DNA from: Mizuhopecten yessoensis
Lineage: Eukaryota
Assembly: GCF_002113885.1 (NCBI RefSeq)
Contig: NW_018406841.1
Location: 1-64,000, forward strand
Direction: 5' to 3'
Length of the DNA: 64,000 nt
Shown here in pieces: positions 1 to 12,800 of this stretch (its first letter is position 1; every line of letters begins with the position of its first letter). The notes below the pieces were generated by a model that was not told where the DNA came from, made no database searches, and worked only from the letters and a program-made list of their open reading frames with translations. The position numbers and the translations under genes were made by a program.

Positions 1-257
1 TTGAATGTAATCACGACATTTCATACCTAAATGTTCAATTGTTGTGTAACTACTTTTCGTTGACTACGCAACAGATAACTCAATAGATTTTCACAATTTC
101 GTTTTGTTACTCTGACCTTCAATCCATTCTGTCATTGAGTGAAAGAGATATATCTGGGGAGACAAAGTTTGTCAAAGCTAAACATCTTATTCTGCAAAAG
201 AAAATTAGAACTCCAAATAAATAAGTTTATTTGACAGCGCTACATTTATATACATAC

Positions 258-3200
258 TTAATGGGTATCCCTGTTGAGGATGACATTCTTGAACACATTT
301 CTCTCGTCCTAATGTGGTCGATCCAGAATTGATGTTAGTGGTGGTTGTTGTCTCCCTTGAGTTAGCGGTTGTCTCCTTTGTNATAAGTGGCTGTGGTTGT
401 AGTGAATGGTTGAACAGTTGTGGTTGGTACGTACTCAGCGTTTGTAGGGGTGGTTGTAGTGATGGTCGTCGTCGTTGATTGATTAGTTTTCCCTTGTGCT
501 TCATTACAAGTCACAATAAGACCAAAGTAGGCAGACCCTATTGACACGTTAAGATATTGTCATCCAAAATTTAATGTTTATTGATCGTTTCATTACATCC
601 TCAATCAACTGTTTAACAATTTATATCATTAACAATATTATTAGTGTAGAATAAAAACACATATTGTAAGAAAGTCGAAATAGTTCAGTATTTGCTCGAA
701 ATGCTGAAAAGTTTTATTTTTAGTATGGTTTATGGCTACACATATGCTTATTTGTTTTGTCATCTGATAAAGTAAAGAGTACAAATGAAGATCATGAATG
801 CTTATTCATTTGACTGAGTTTTGTGCTTATGATATCATTATTTATGCCACAAAAACTGTTTTACTTAATAATTGGTAAATACCTTGTATTTCAGAAAGCA
901 TGTTATGCCAACATACTCAATATGTAATAGTAGCGTTATACCGAAACAATACATACCTTGTGAAGTGATGTATAGACAATGTCCTGATGTCCACGCTGTA
1001 CTGACGTCTTCCCTTGATTGCGTCAGTGTCAATGTGTCTGATGTCCCGAAATTATTTGTTGGATAATTAGAGACAGGGGCACAACCATTTTCATTAAACA
1101 GACTTGATTTGGTAGAAGAAATCCTAAGTATACTTCCACAGTTCTTCAATGGTGCTATCCTCGGATATTCCTGCACTACTACTGTTGTTGTATCTGTAGG
1201 TGACGCTGATCCGGTAAGTGTAACTGTACATGTGCAGCTGTATATATCCAAACCTCCCGTGTTCCAAGTGTCTATCACAACAGATGATTGTCGCAATGTT
1301 CCGCTCGTACACATCCGTTTTACTTTGATAAAAAAAGATAAAAAACAGAATACTTTTCATACGGCTGCAAACAGATGATTTCTTGTGGAATGGAATAAAT
1401 AAGTTGCGTCGATTTAGAAAATTATAATAGATACGCAGATATTAATTGTGAAAGTCTTTATAGTCGGTTGTTATTGTAGTGATTATTATTTTCGTCGAAG
1501 GTGGTCACCTTCAGCGTAACGCTCTCGCGAGAATTTCTGTTAAATTTCTGTTCAAATGAGTGCGCGACCTTCATATGTTCTAACACGATTTAAGGAAAAA
1601 CGTTAAATCGTATTCATTCGTGTTCAGATTCATGAATGTGAGATAGGGGCTTAACGCTCTCGCGAGGATTTCTGTTAAAAGTCGGTTCAATTATATACAT
1701 GAAAATTGTCTGTTTATCTATGTTTTATTTTACAACACTTTTTTTTCATTCCTCATTTAACTGTTTTGAACTTTCGTCGTGATATGACTTGAACGATTAT
1801 AGCTAAAAAGAAAACAACACTGAAAATTAAATTTGCAAGTAAGGAAAAATGGTTGACATATAGAACAAAAACTGCCAATTGTTTGTTCTTGAAAAATGTA
1901 AAGGACTGAAAAAAATAATAATTATTAAAACAAAACCCGTAGCATTTGACATTAATTTATACGCACTTCATGTAAACAAAATATGTAATGAAGAAAGTTT
2001 AAATTTATGTTTCATAGTAATATTACCATTTCAGATCTGCTGAACGACCTTCAAAGTGTTACGGGTAATGGATGCGTTTTAACACATATCTATCCTTTAT
2101 TGAGGTTCATACTGATCATACTCATTTGCTGTATTAGATGCACTCACCCGTAACGCGCAGTAACCATTAACGTTACTTACTATAGATACATATATGTATA
2201 TTCATTTTTCTGTCGACTAAGTCATACAATATCATCATTTTAATTTATCTATTTATTATATTGGTTTTGCCATTGTGTTATCGTTTTCAAAAATCAACAG
2301 AAATTAATCTTTGGTCTCCTGAATGACTGTACCGCCGAAGCCGTTGCGCTGGAACAATAAAACTTAACCAACGCACCAACACATTACAATAATGTGAAAT
2401 CAGTCCAAGTAAGTCAAAACAAACAGCCATGTATGATGACTCGTCAGAATGACGCTTCAAGGCCATGTCGGGATCTACATGTATTACAGTTAGATATAGC
2501 TTGTAATTGTCTTTCTTAAATGCAACTGATTTCATGCCATAGTGTAGAAAAAAGAAGAAACTTACCTTATACGATATTTACCTTTATTTTTTCGATTTAA
2601 TTTGCAGAATCTAGGGTAGTTTTCAGTTCCCAACTAAACAAAAAAAAACACATATATTTTGAAAATTGGTGTTGCTAACCCTTAATTTTAATAAGGTTTT
2701 GAGCCATCAGATCTGTACACAAAATGAACCTCGGCCGCTTGATGATTGCATTGACTTACAGAATCTACAGATAAGCCATGGGGAAAAGCTCAATGGTTGA
2801 AATTGAAACATTTTAGTAAAGCAGTTTTCTTTAGAAAATACGCAAAGAAATATGACCTAGGAGAGACGTTTTGGTGCCGTTTTCTATCTTTTAATGCGTT
2901 AGAGGAGAGTTTGTGACTTTTCACATACATTGTATGTAATTATAGCAGGAATAGCAGATATTTCCTGTACTATGTATTGATAATGATGTCCTCAATCTAT
3001 ACATATATGTGATTTAACAGTTACCAGTTGATTATGTCATAAATACTTGTACACAAAATGGAAATTCTTCTCAAGAATTTTAAAAGTTGCGAAATGTAAA
3101 AAAAAACCAGTGTCCCTTTTATAACTACGCAAGGACTTCATATTGGTTCCATTTTAACAAAGATCTTGATTGAAAATTTGATAAAGGATAATATGGAAAT

Positions 3201-4060
3201 AATTGTATACTAAAGTATGATATTTGTATCGACATCTATAATACAACATGACCTTACCGTAAATGAAGTTGTCCAAACCAGTCTGGTCAGTACATGCCGT
3301 TGTGTTGACACCTACAACAGATACTCTGTAATAATACATATAGCGAGACAATAATTGTAAGTCACGCTGGGGAAAATAACAGTAAAATTAACGGTACTGT
3401 TTTTAAACTGCAATGCATGTCTCTTTGAGTTTCAACTAAATATAATAATACGAATTCAAATATATTATACCAAAGTTTTACTTTATACAAAAATAATGTA
3501 CGTATCAAATGTGTCGCAACGTTTCAAGACCGACTGGTCCCTTTGTAAAGCTATGATCGAGTGAGCAATTTGTATTGTTTACCTTACAACGGTATGACGG
3601 AATTGTATATTTTTATGTCACTCGACCCGGGACATTTCGACCATCGATAGAGAGTGTAGGTTACTGGTAGTGTGTATATCTAGCCTCCTCTAACATCTAC
3701 GTACATATCTCAGGAATACGCCTAAACTTTAAACACAATAACACGTCCTCCTTGTACAATTACTTACAACTGATCAGTCAATGAGCAATGTACGCATGCA
3801 TATGTATATAAAACCATTAATGATATAATAATACAAATCCTTTTGAAGTCAGATATGTTACACCCCAATCAATGCTGTCCATATTCTATAGTATACATAC
3901 TTAATGAAGGATGTGTTACTCTTAAAACACGGATATCAATAAAAATACGTCTATTTATTTATTTTACTTCCTTGTTCGCATTACCTGTAATATAGGCGTG
4001 CACAATCACCAACGTATACGTATATCCCAGTACATTGAGTCTGTCTCGTCTACTGTCCAT
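258..4060 (-). CDS. Gene A (3'-partial): Cys-rich ectodomain/mucin-stalk receptor paralog. Exons 4060-3985 (signal peptide MDSRRDRLNVLGYTYTLVIVHAYIT), 3311-3258, 1322-957, 537-258; TM and tail exons expected left of the window
   Basis: Manual splicing gives GT/AG junctions, all phase 1, with exon lengths 76/54/366 that keep frame. Exon 3 has the family 6-Cys pattern (MC..VVIDT..CTC..CGSILR..C..HCL). Exon 4 is Thr-rich but changes frame at the n at 382 (assembly join). Confidence 0.8.
3462..3690 (-). mobile_element. Penelope terminal-repeat fragment, inverted homolog of 26680-26927
   Basis: Reverse-complement match by eye, e.g. gtgtcgcaacgtttcaagaccgac vs gtcggtcttgaaacgttgcgacac. Confidence 0.65.
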
Positions 4061-5211
4061 GCCTTCCCTCGCTGTTTAAAAAAGGGCAGGGAATTGTGAC
4101 ATGACGTTGGGTCAAAGCTTCAACTTCTGTGTTCAAAAGTCCAGCTGGTACATTGTATACATCAATACCGGCAAGAAGGAAGTAACCGTAGAACGTTCCT
4201 ATTGAATGTTATTGTAGACTAAATATAGCACTGGTGTATTCATCAAAACATGTTAAAGCTATTTGAACGCAGCGGTACATTGCCTTGCACCCAGTTAGTG
4301 TATAACGGAACAGAAATACAAATATGGCTGTTTGATCAAGTGTTCAAACCCTTATTTCATATGAACCTATCTTACATGTTTTGTCAACGAATAAAAATAT
4401 GGAGTTACTTAGTCATTCAAATATTTATGTATGTATATGCTATTAAAGAATTGATGTTGTCTCAGTGAAGAAATGAATATTAAGGTGTTATGTCTCAGTG
4501 AGATGCTAAAGAGTTCCGTGAAGCTTTGAGCAATCATTGCTGAAGATTATGACAACAACTTATTACTTATACCAATAAATGCATCTAGCAATGTAAATGT
4601 TTTGAAATTAAAAAACGTGGCACATTGCATGAATTATTGGTCTAAAAAAGGTTTCTATAAAGTCGTTTTAATAACAGAAGTTGATGAATTTTCATTTTGT
4701 AAGCATTTCTAGTGATTTCCATGTTAATTAACCATCTAAATCAAGAGGGATTCTAAATTGAGCAAAACGTAATCAATGGATAATTCAATTTTTCTTTCTT
4801 GTTATCTTGACTGAATGCTACAATAACATGACAGACATGGGATGTTTTGAATTGGCATACGACTTAGTAAAGATGACCTGAAGCTGCACCTGGGGACAAG
4901 CGCGTAATCAAGGGAGCTAGAATATCAGGGTCTGCTGACGAAACATGAAACACTCCATAATATAAGCAATGATAATTTTCTCCAACTTTTGCAAATATAA
5001 TACAAAGCACGGTCAGAACACGTTTCAACATAATTATGTTAAGTTATATCCTGGGATAGTTAGGAATTTGTATTTTATTGCATTTATTCTAATTCAGGGA
5101 AAGGATAAACTAGTCTTCTGTCATAGAACCTAGCATCAACAGATCTTAACATTGCATGTCGTTCGATCCGTGAATAATATACGCATTCTGATTTACGATA
5201 CATCACCATAC

Positions 5212-5978
5212 CGGGGCAGAAGTTGTCCAAACCAGTCCGGTCAGTACATGCCGTTGTGTTAACACTTATAATAGATATAGTCTTTTATAATATTCAATAA
5301 CAAAATGGTCAAGCCTGGAAATCAAATTAATGGTGTTCTTTACAAAACTGCAATGACAAAGACTATATCAGTTACAGAATTAAGTGATACCTAATTTACA
5401 CGAAAAAACTGAAGCGAACGACGGACACAAATAAGTCTATCATTCTGGACTATTGCGATCAATTACTCTTACACTCTTTATTCTTTTAGGCAGATCTGTA
5501 TTTTAACATTTTTAAATTGTTATATACTTAATGCTCTTATATAAAGCACACCCACATTTCAGTGTTCAATGGTGTATGTGATCTATTAGCGCAATTATGA
5601 TTGATCTATTGAAGAAATAATGCATTGATGAAGCAATGATAAAGGAAATGTATTTCGTCCTCTGTCCTGTTGTTATTACCAACAAACAATGAGCAAACGA
5701 GAAATAATGTATGACCTAAAACGTTATAATGTTATGATTATCATTCATTATTGAAACCAATAAATAACATCCTAATCGATACTGGGCAAACTTCGTTATA
5801 TACATACTGAATAATGTATATTTCGTCTTAGAACATCGTGGTAGGAAAATCAACGAGAAATATATCCCATGTATTTACCTCCCTATTCCTTGTTCGTGTT
5901 ACCTGTAATATAGGAGTACACAAACACCACCATATACATGTATCCCTGTAAGGTGACTTTCTCCTGTTGATCGATCAT
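5212..5978 (-). pseudogene. Orphan duplicate of gene A exon 1 (5978-5903, MIDQQEKVTLQGYMYMVVFVYSYIT, intact) and exon 2 (5265-5212, acceptor AG mutated to AA)
   Basis: Same 76-nt and 54-nt lengths and clear homology to 3985-4060 and 3258-3311. No exon 3 of its own. Confidence 0.7.
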
Positions 5979-7729
5979 GGCTTCACGTACTCAAGCGGGC
6001 AGAGAATTGTTATGATATTGCTAATTTAACTTCGATATCTTTAATATACAACGGTATCCTAAATATAGCGTTTGTGTATTCAGTTTGGTTGGTTTTATAT
6101 TGTTTCACGTCTTATTAACAACTAAGGTCTTTGAGGAATTCTGACATCAAACGTAAGTATATATAACTCATCTGATCTTTACTTTTCTCAAAGGGCAGAG
6201 AATTGTAATAATTTTCCTGGTAATAATTTAACTTCGATATCTGAAAATTAAGCTGATATGCAATGATGTTGGGAAATAGGAAGTTACCGTATGTAGTTTT
6301 GTATATTAAATATAGCTGTTATGTATTCAGTCAAAAACCGTACCCGCTTTATTTACTCATCAGAGCGGAACAATATACATTATAATGCACTGTTTGTTTC
6401 ATCTGTTACAATACGGAGGAGAAATATTTAAAAAATAGTCACTTGTTCATCTTTGGATTGTCTAGGCGACTTAATTTTCTTTGAATTCCGACATGGTTTC
6501 TGGTTTGGTTTGGTTGATTTTATATTGTTTAACGTCCTATTAACATCTAAGGTCATTTTAGGAATCCCGACATCGTACGTAAGATTACGATATTGCATGA
6601 ATAACCGTAACACCATAATATTGCGTATAACGTTTACCTGTATTTGTATTAAATGTGTATGGTCTGTAATGTAACTTGTATAGGATTACGACTTATAATG
6701 TAGGCTATCTCAGGTCTACACGCTCTCTCGAGCAGCGGACCTGGAACTGAAATGAACCATTGTACGAGACAATCGGTGTAGTGAGGATAACTGTGACGGT
6801 GGAGGTAATCACGTTCAAACAGACTCTTACTGCATATTTCCCACCTCTCACAATGGAAAAAAAAGTGGGCAATAAATCACTTGCTTCCACTGTCCACTGC
6901 ACACATAATCCCCTTTCAAGGCCAATCATGATTACCTGACCATGAAAGGGGATGTGCCCAGTGGACTGTGGTCACAAATGCTGTAAGAAAGGGGAGATAA
7001 TCAATCAGTAAGTAACGATGAAGTCAATACAGTGGAAAGGATAAACTTAGTTGACACATTTAAAATAAGAAAAGAGAAAAAAGCTAAAAATGGTAATTTC
7101 ATGATTGAAAAACAAACAAAAACAAACACATGAGAGGATAAGCATTTCCTGGAAAAGTTTAGAATCTTTAGGAGCTGTTCCTTTATACAAAATTGCACAT
7201 TCAAATATACCATTAATTGAAAGAACTGGAATTCCTTGAAGATTGTTTAACCCTTGCATTGTATGTATGAAAATTGTTTCAAAATCCTGTACCTTTACCA
7301 CATCTTGAAAATTAAACTGAAAATGTAGTCAGAAATTCAACATTGTTTTCCGTATTTTGTTCTAATTGTTGAACAGACACTCCTTACCTTCCCTGACACT
7401 GGAGCTGGATAAAGTAATGCAAAACACTTGTATCCATTATGAAGGATACACTCAAACTGGGCTATTGAGAATAAAGATAATCTTACCTGGTTGTGATTAG
7501 TACTCACTCACACAGGTAGATGTAAATTATCTGCAGTGTAGGGTAGGTAAAAAGATTGTCCAGGTAAACATGTTTTACTCATTTTTTCTGTTTTGTTCGA
7601 GTTGGGAAGCAGGCAGTATGCCAGTTATTGCATGATTTCTCGTCACTCGGGACTTATTACACCATCGCTTCGCTCGGATGTAATAAATCCCTTGTTACTC
7701 GAACACCATGCAATAACCTTTACTTGTTG

Positions 7730-8451
7730 CCTGCGCAAACTATGCCGAACAGAGAGTCTGGTCAAACCCAGTGCTTTCGTTTTGTGACATCATAACGAGG
7801 CTTACCAGGATTCTGGTAAATTATCTCATTGGTCAAAGGTTGACACACCATTTTCACTTTTTGAAGTCAAAATTGTAGTGGCCCAAAATTACATTGAATA
7901 TTTTAATTCATGAAAAAGGTACCTGTATATACATTCTTGAAGTATCAATGTTTTCACTATTAACGAGAAAAATGGAAGAAAATGCTTCAAAAAGAATGAT
8001 TTCATGTTTTTTCATTGGATATTTTACAATAATTCATGAAGCTAACAAGGCTATTGATACAAGTGAAGCCAAATTACCTGAGTGAGAACTTGAGGGTGTT
8101 TTGAATAGTGTACAGGTGAAATCTCACTTGTTTTCGTGCTTTTTCCAAACTTCAGTCAGCCTTGTAGGCTTTGTGCTTAGTTATGATTTATTCAGTGGAA
8201 ATAGATGGCATTATTCTGGAGATTTGACACATTTTCTTACATTGTTCCGATTATAGTGAATACACGGGTAGTTTAGGAATGCATGCATAGGTATTTTTTT
8301 TTTTTAATTTCATTATTCAGTGAAATGTTTAATGGCGTTGACATAACGTCAGAATACGAAAGTAAAAACACTGCACTCTGGTAATTTTAAAGTCCTGTGT
8401 TTGACCAGACTCTTGAATTACAAGTGATCAAGCGTCTGGTTAAGCGAGATT
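7730..8451. mobile_element. Probable foldback MITE
   Basis: Inverted agagtctggtcaaac (~7753) / gtttgaccagactct (~8399) and a terminal ctggttaagcgagatta. Left boundary uncertain. Confidence 0.4.
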
Positions 8452-9890
8452 ACGGTGGAGGCTGCGGCGAGGGTGACGTGCACGGTTTGTCGTCAGGTAC
8501 GCCGGGTACGTCAGGAAGTGTAAAACGACTGTTATGTGCCTTTACACCAGCGCGAGATATTACGAGTGGCTACATAACAAATCGTATTCCACTCTTAATG
8601 GCCATGTAATTTGACATTTATTCATGTATGTGCTGTTTAATAAATGTATCGGAATCGCAGTTCTTGTTAGGATTTGTCAAACAATATAGAATATCAGCGC
8701 AAAGATGAAGACAACAACGGGATAGAAAGAGAAACATAAACCGTTCCACATGCATTATGTTTGGAGCTAGCTGCGTCACAACAATAGTTCCAGAAACGTT
8801 TCAATGAGAACCATTCAAATGAACCAACAATGATTTAGGTTTCTTTTCATCAATCAATGTTTTAATGATTATCATAACAACATGAATAATGATTTTTTTT
8901 ATACTAAAACCATTCAACAGATTGACGTTTACGAAAATAGTAATGACGTCACATATATGGCAAAACGGCGCGTGCACTGTCAAAGTAAAGGTCATCACAA
9001 TACAGATCGAAGTCGGAACTTTTTACTAGTTTACACCGACTGTCATTTCCTATAACATGGACGCGTTTCTTCCTAGGTTTGTTGATGGATATTAACTTTG
9101 ATGTTTCCGCCTGTCACTGAACCAGATAATATACTGTGGAGTCCGCCATGAAACTGGAACACTGATGACGTTGACCGGTTACACGAGGTCACAATTGATT
9201 ATGTGTGTGTCGGAGAAGTTAAGGTGGAATTTGAACATGCAGTTGTTGTATGTGTTTAACTCTAACACTCGTGTTCGTTTATTAATTTTATTCTTTCACA
9301 ATGCCTATGCCACAGCCATCAATCTATGTCTATTGTTTGTGTGCTATATTGTTTTTATTGAACGGCGATATTGCACGGAAATAGCCTGTGTTATATAATA
9401 TGTATTATAAGAAATAGCATTTTCATGTCTCGGTTTTTTGTCAATGCTAGTTTAACTAGATCAGAGTTCAAACGCTTCTGTTGTAATGTCTGTTGAGATG
9501 TTCCGACCTGTCAGTTCCTTTGGTCCTCTTGGCACTCGAGGTAATTCACCAACACTGTACAATTGGGCGTCGTATTTTCATATTTATCGTATGTTATATT
9601 TTATTCCAGATGTATTTTGGAATACTGAGAGGGTCAACCAGCATTTTTATCAGTGGTATTTGTTTTATCATGTTTTCAAAGCAGCTTTCGCCCAAAACAT
9701 TTTCAGCAATGGTTTCTTAATTGCACTGGTTGAAATATCCCCCTATGAAAAAGATGGAACTTGGACTATGTTCATTGGTAGTTTGTTTTCTTTCTATAAA
9801 ATGTTTAAGGTTTAAAATGTTTATATCTCTTTTCCTATGTCTGCTGTAGCAATGGCAAGCAACTACTAACTGATCACGAAGCTATCATGT

Positions 9891-12800
9891 TCAAGTACTC
9901 ATCGCCGTATTGACGTAGGTTTGTCGCGTGGACATTTCCTCGTACGTATTTGGGGGTTCAACACGTGACTGGTCAAGACTGTCATAGTGGACAGTGTCTT
10001 GTGAGGTCATGACATGGGATCCAGATTTCAGTTCATTCACCATCGTAAGACGCCTGCAAATATAGTTTCCGATGAAGTAGAATATCGGTGATGAAATATA
10101 ACTGTCATCTTCACTGGTTTACAATATACTATCAAATTAATGTCAGACATAATGATTGTTTTCAAAAGGATTTTCTAGTTCACAAACTCTATATTGTAAA
10201 GGACAAAATATAAGCTTTGGCATTTTTGATATTTATATTACAACTACCAGAACTATGCTATTTATTATTTGACTGAATAAATATATAATCCGCCTACATG
10301 TAAACAATGTCTTTCACTAGTGATGCACTAGTCTTTGTTCACCTCTACCTACCGTTTGTTCACCTCTACCTACCGTTTGTACAGAATCACATTAGCGACC
10401 GTGGCCACCGCTACCACCAGTAAGGTCACCACTATGGGGACAACGACACCGACTGAAAGGGATAACGAAGAATTAATGAGTTACGATTTAATCATAAATA
10501 TAACAGAATCGTCGATCAAGACGACCGGAGTTACATTCCCTGTTAAAGCAAGATATTATATTGAATAGTAGCTCATTTCACCTAGTTCCTTGTTCCTTCG
10601 GCCATTTATAAAGTTTTTAAAATAAATGACCTTCACCTATTTTCAAGGTCATGGGGGTCAAATATGTTAAAAACCTTTATACAACTTCTTCTTAATAACT
10701 AAGAGGCCTAGGGTTATGCTATTTGGCAACATGCTGGGATGAAGGGCTACCAAGTTTGTTAAATTTAATATGTGGTCGTTACACTTAGTTTCTTGTCTCA
10801 TGTCTAAACGAGCCAAACACACATTTACTTCCTGCCATCCGATACTTTAGTTTTTCTTGTTTTGTTTGTTTGTGTTTTACATCTTATCAATATAGCTATG
10901 GCAATTTGATGACGTGCCAGGGTTTGGTGGTGGAGGAAAGCCGGAGTACCCGGAGAAAAACCAACGACATGCGGCCATTTATAAATTTGGTTTGTTATTG
11001 GTATCAATTAATCATTTAATCAAAAAGACGTCAAAGAACACTCAATTTATGCTGGGAAAATTAGTTCAAAATATAGAAACACGTGAACGATGATATAAGT
11101 TATCTTCCTATTCACAATGCAAATAATATTAACTTATTTTTTTACTGAATAATTGATGATTTCTCTGTAAATCTCAACAACAAACATCATGTTTTATTGA
11201 TTAAAAAAAACTTCTCGAATTAAACTGTGTTTTAATTCTAATTTGGTTTTATAAAATATAATATAAAATATTTCATGACGTATATACTTACATAAGCGAT
11301 ATACTTGGTTCAAATCAGCCGTGACAGAGAAACGGGAACTGCTATTAAGACCACAAAAAGCCTTGCTTTTTAAAATATTAAAATGAAACAGAAACCCATT
11401 GGTTCCCCTTTGAATTTACAACATAATTTTTACAACGTATGTCGCATTGCATTAAATATCTGTGCTCGTCAAAATAAAGCAAAAAAACATGCCAAGTGCC
11501 AAGAAATATGTTTCATATTCAAACTTCTATTGTTTGTTAACATAGATATTTATCGTACACGGCGTTAATCACTGTTTCACCCGTTTCTATTTCTAATCAT
11601 TGTCTTGAGGATAGTAAGTATGCATTTTAGAAAGGTTATAAATCTTAATCAGTTAGTGTTTGTGTGTGACGTTTCTGTGTGACCAGTGAAGACAGCAAAA
11701 GTAGTAAATATATACGAGTTGCCACTATTCACCTGGATATTAAATTTATATCTGTTCTTGGTCATGGTACAAATATAAGCATATCAAAAATCCATTACAA
11801 TTGTGTCCATATGTCGCACAACATTTGTTTTCAAGCGTCATTTAACAAACAACAAACAATTATATTGGTACTGTACGTAGGGAAAACAAGAGATTTACTG
11901 TTCTTCTTTATTCGTGGAATTTAGTTTTAAGATATCTAACTTTATAAACAAGTAACACAAGACACATTCACGACAAACTAATGAAGGTTGTTTTCATCTG
12001 AATACGAATTTATGTTTTGTCATTTTGATTTTAACATTTAAACATTACTTCTAATGATATTACTGTTATTTCTGAACCGCATATTCTAAGTTATGGATTA
12101 TGATATGAACATTTTTTGTATTTCTTTTTGATTTACATGGGAAATAGGCAAAAACAAAATTATATCGGGATAGCTAAATATGTTCCCATATACATACCCA
12201 ACGGGATAGTAGGTTGGTCACATTTACAACATCCCGATTTGACGTCAACAGGGGTTGTTGTCATCGTTGTTGGTGGCGTCGTCATCGTTGTTGATGTCGT
12301 TGTTGTTGTTGTTGTTGTTGTTGTCATTACTGCTTCAGGAGTAGATGATGCAAGTAATGTATCTGGTGAATCACACGTAACCCTTAAGTTCACACCTGTG
12401 ACAAGATACCAATCCAAATACCAAATATATTTTGTTATACATTACAACCGTTTATTTTAATGAAATTTCGTCATAATTTATGCCATTAATTTGTAGATCT
12501 GACGTTTATTGATAAATAAGCCGTGTGGAGAGGACGTCAAATTAGCTTTTAACGTTGTTACTCTTTCAATTAAGATGTGTATCAATGTACTTGCAGTTTG
12601 AATGTGCAATATATATATTAATATTTTTTTTAGGAAAAATGAACACAAATGTTATTCTGAAACATTAACATCTGGTATTATTCTGGCCTTTGTGTAATTA
12701 AGAAGGCAATGTTTGTCAGAAAATGCAACATAAAAAAAACAAAGAAATATAAATTTACAGTTATTTTAATGTGTTATTATTTATCATACCCAAAAGTCGT

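Noticed and set aside
11290-11365. Hydrophobic candidate exon (ARLFVVLIAVPVSLSRLI*) in gene B intron 4
   Set aside because: Poor AAG acceptor and no paralog; a better 79-nt TM exon exists at 10374-10452.
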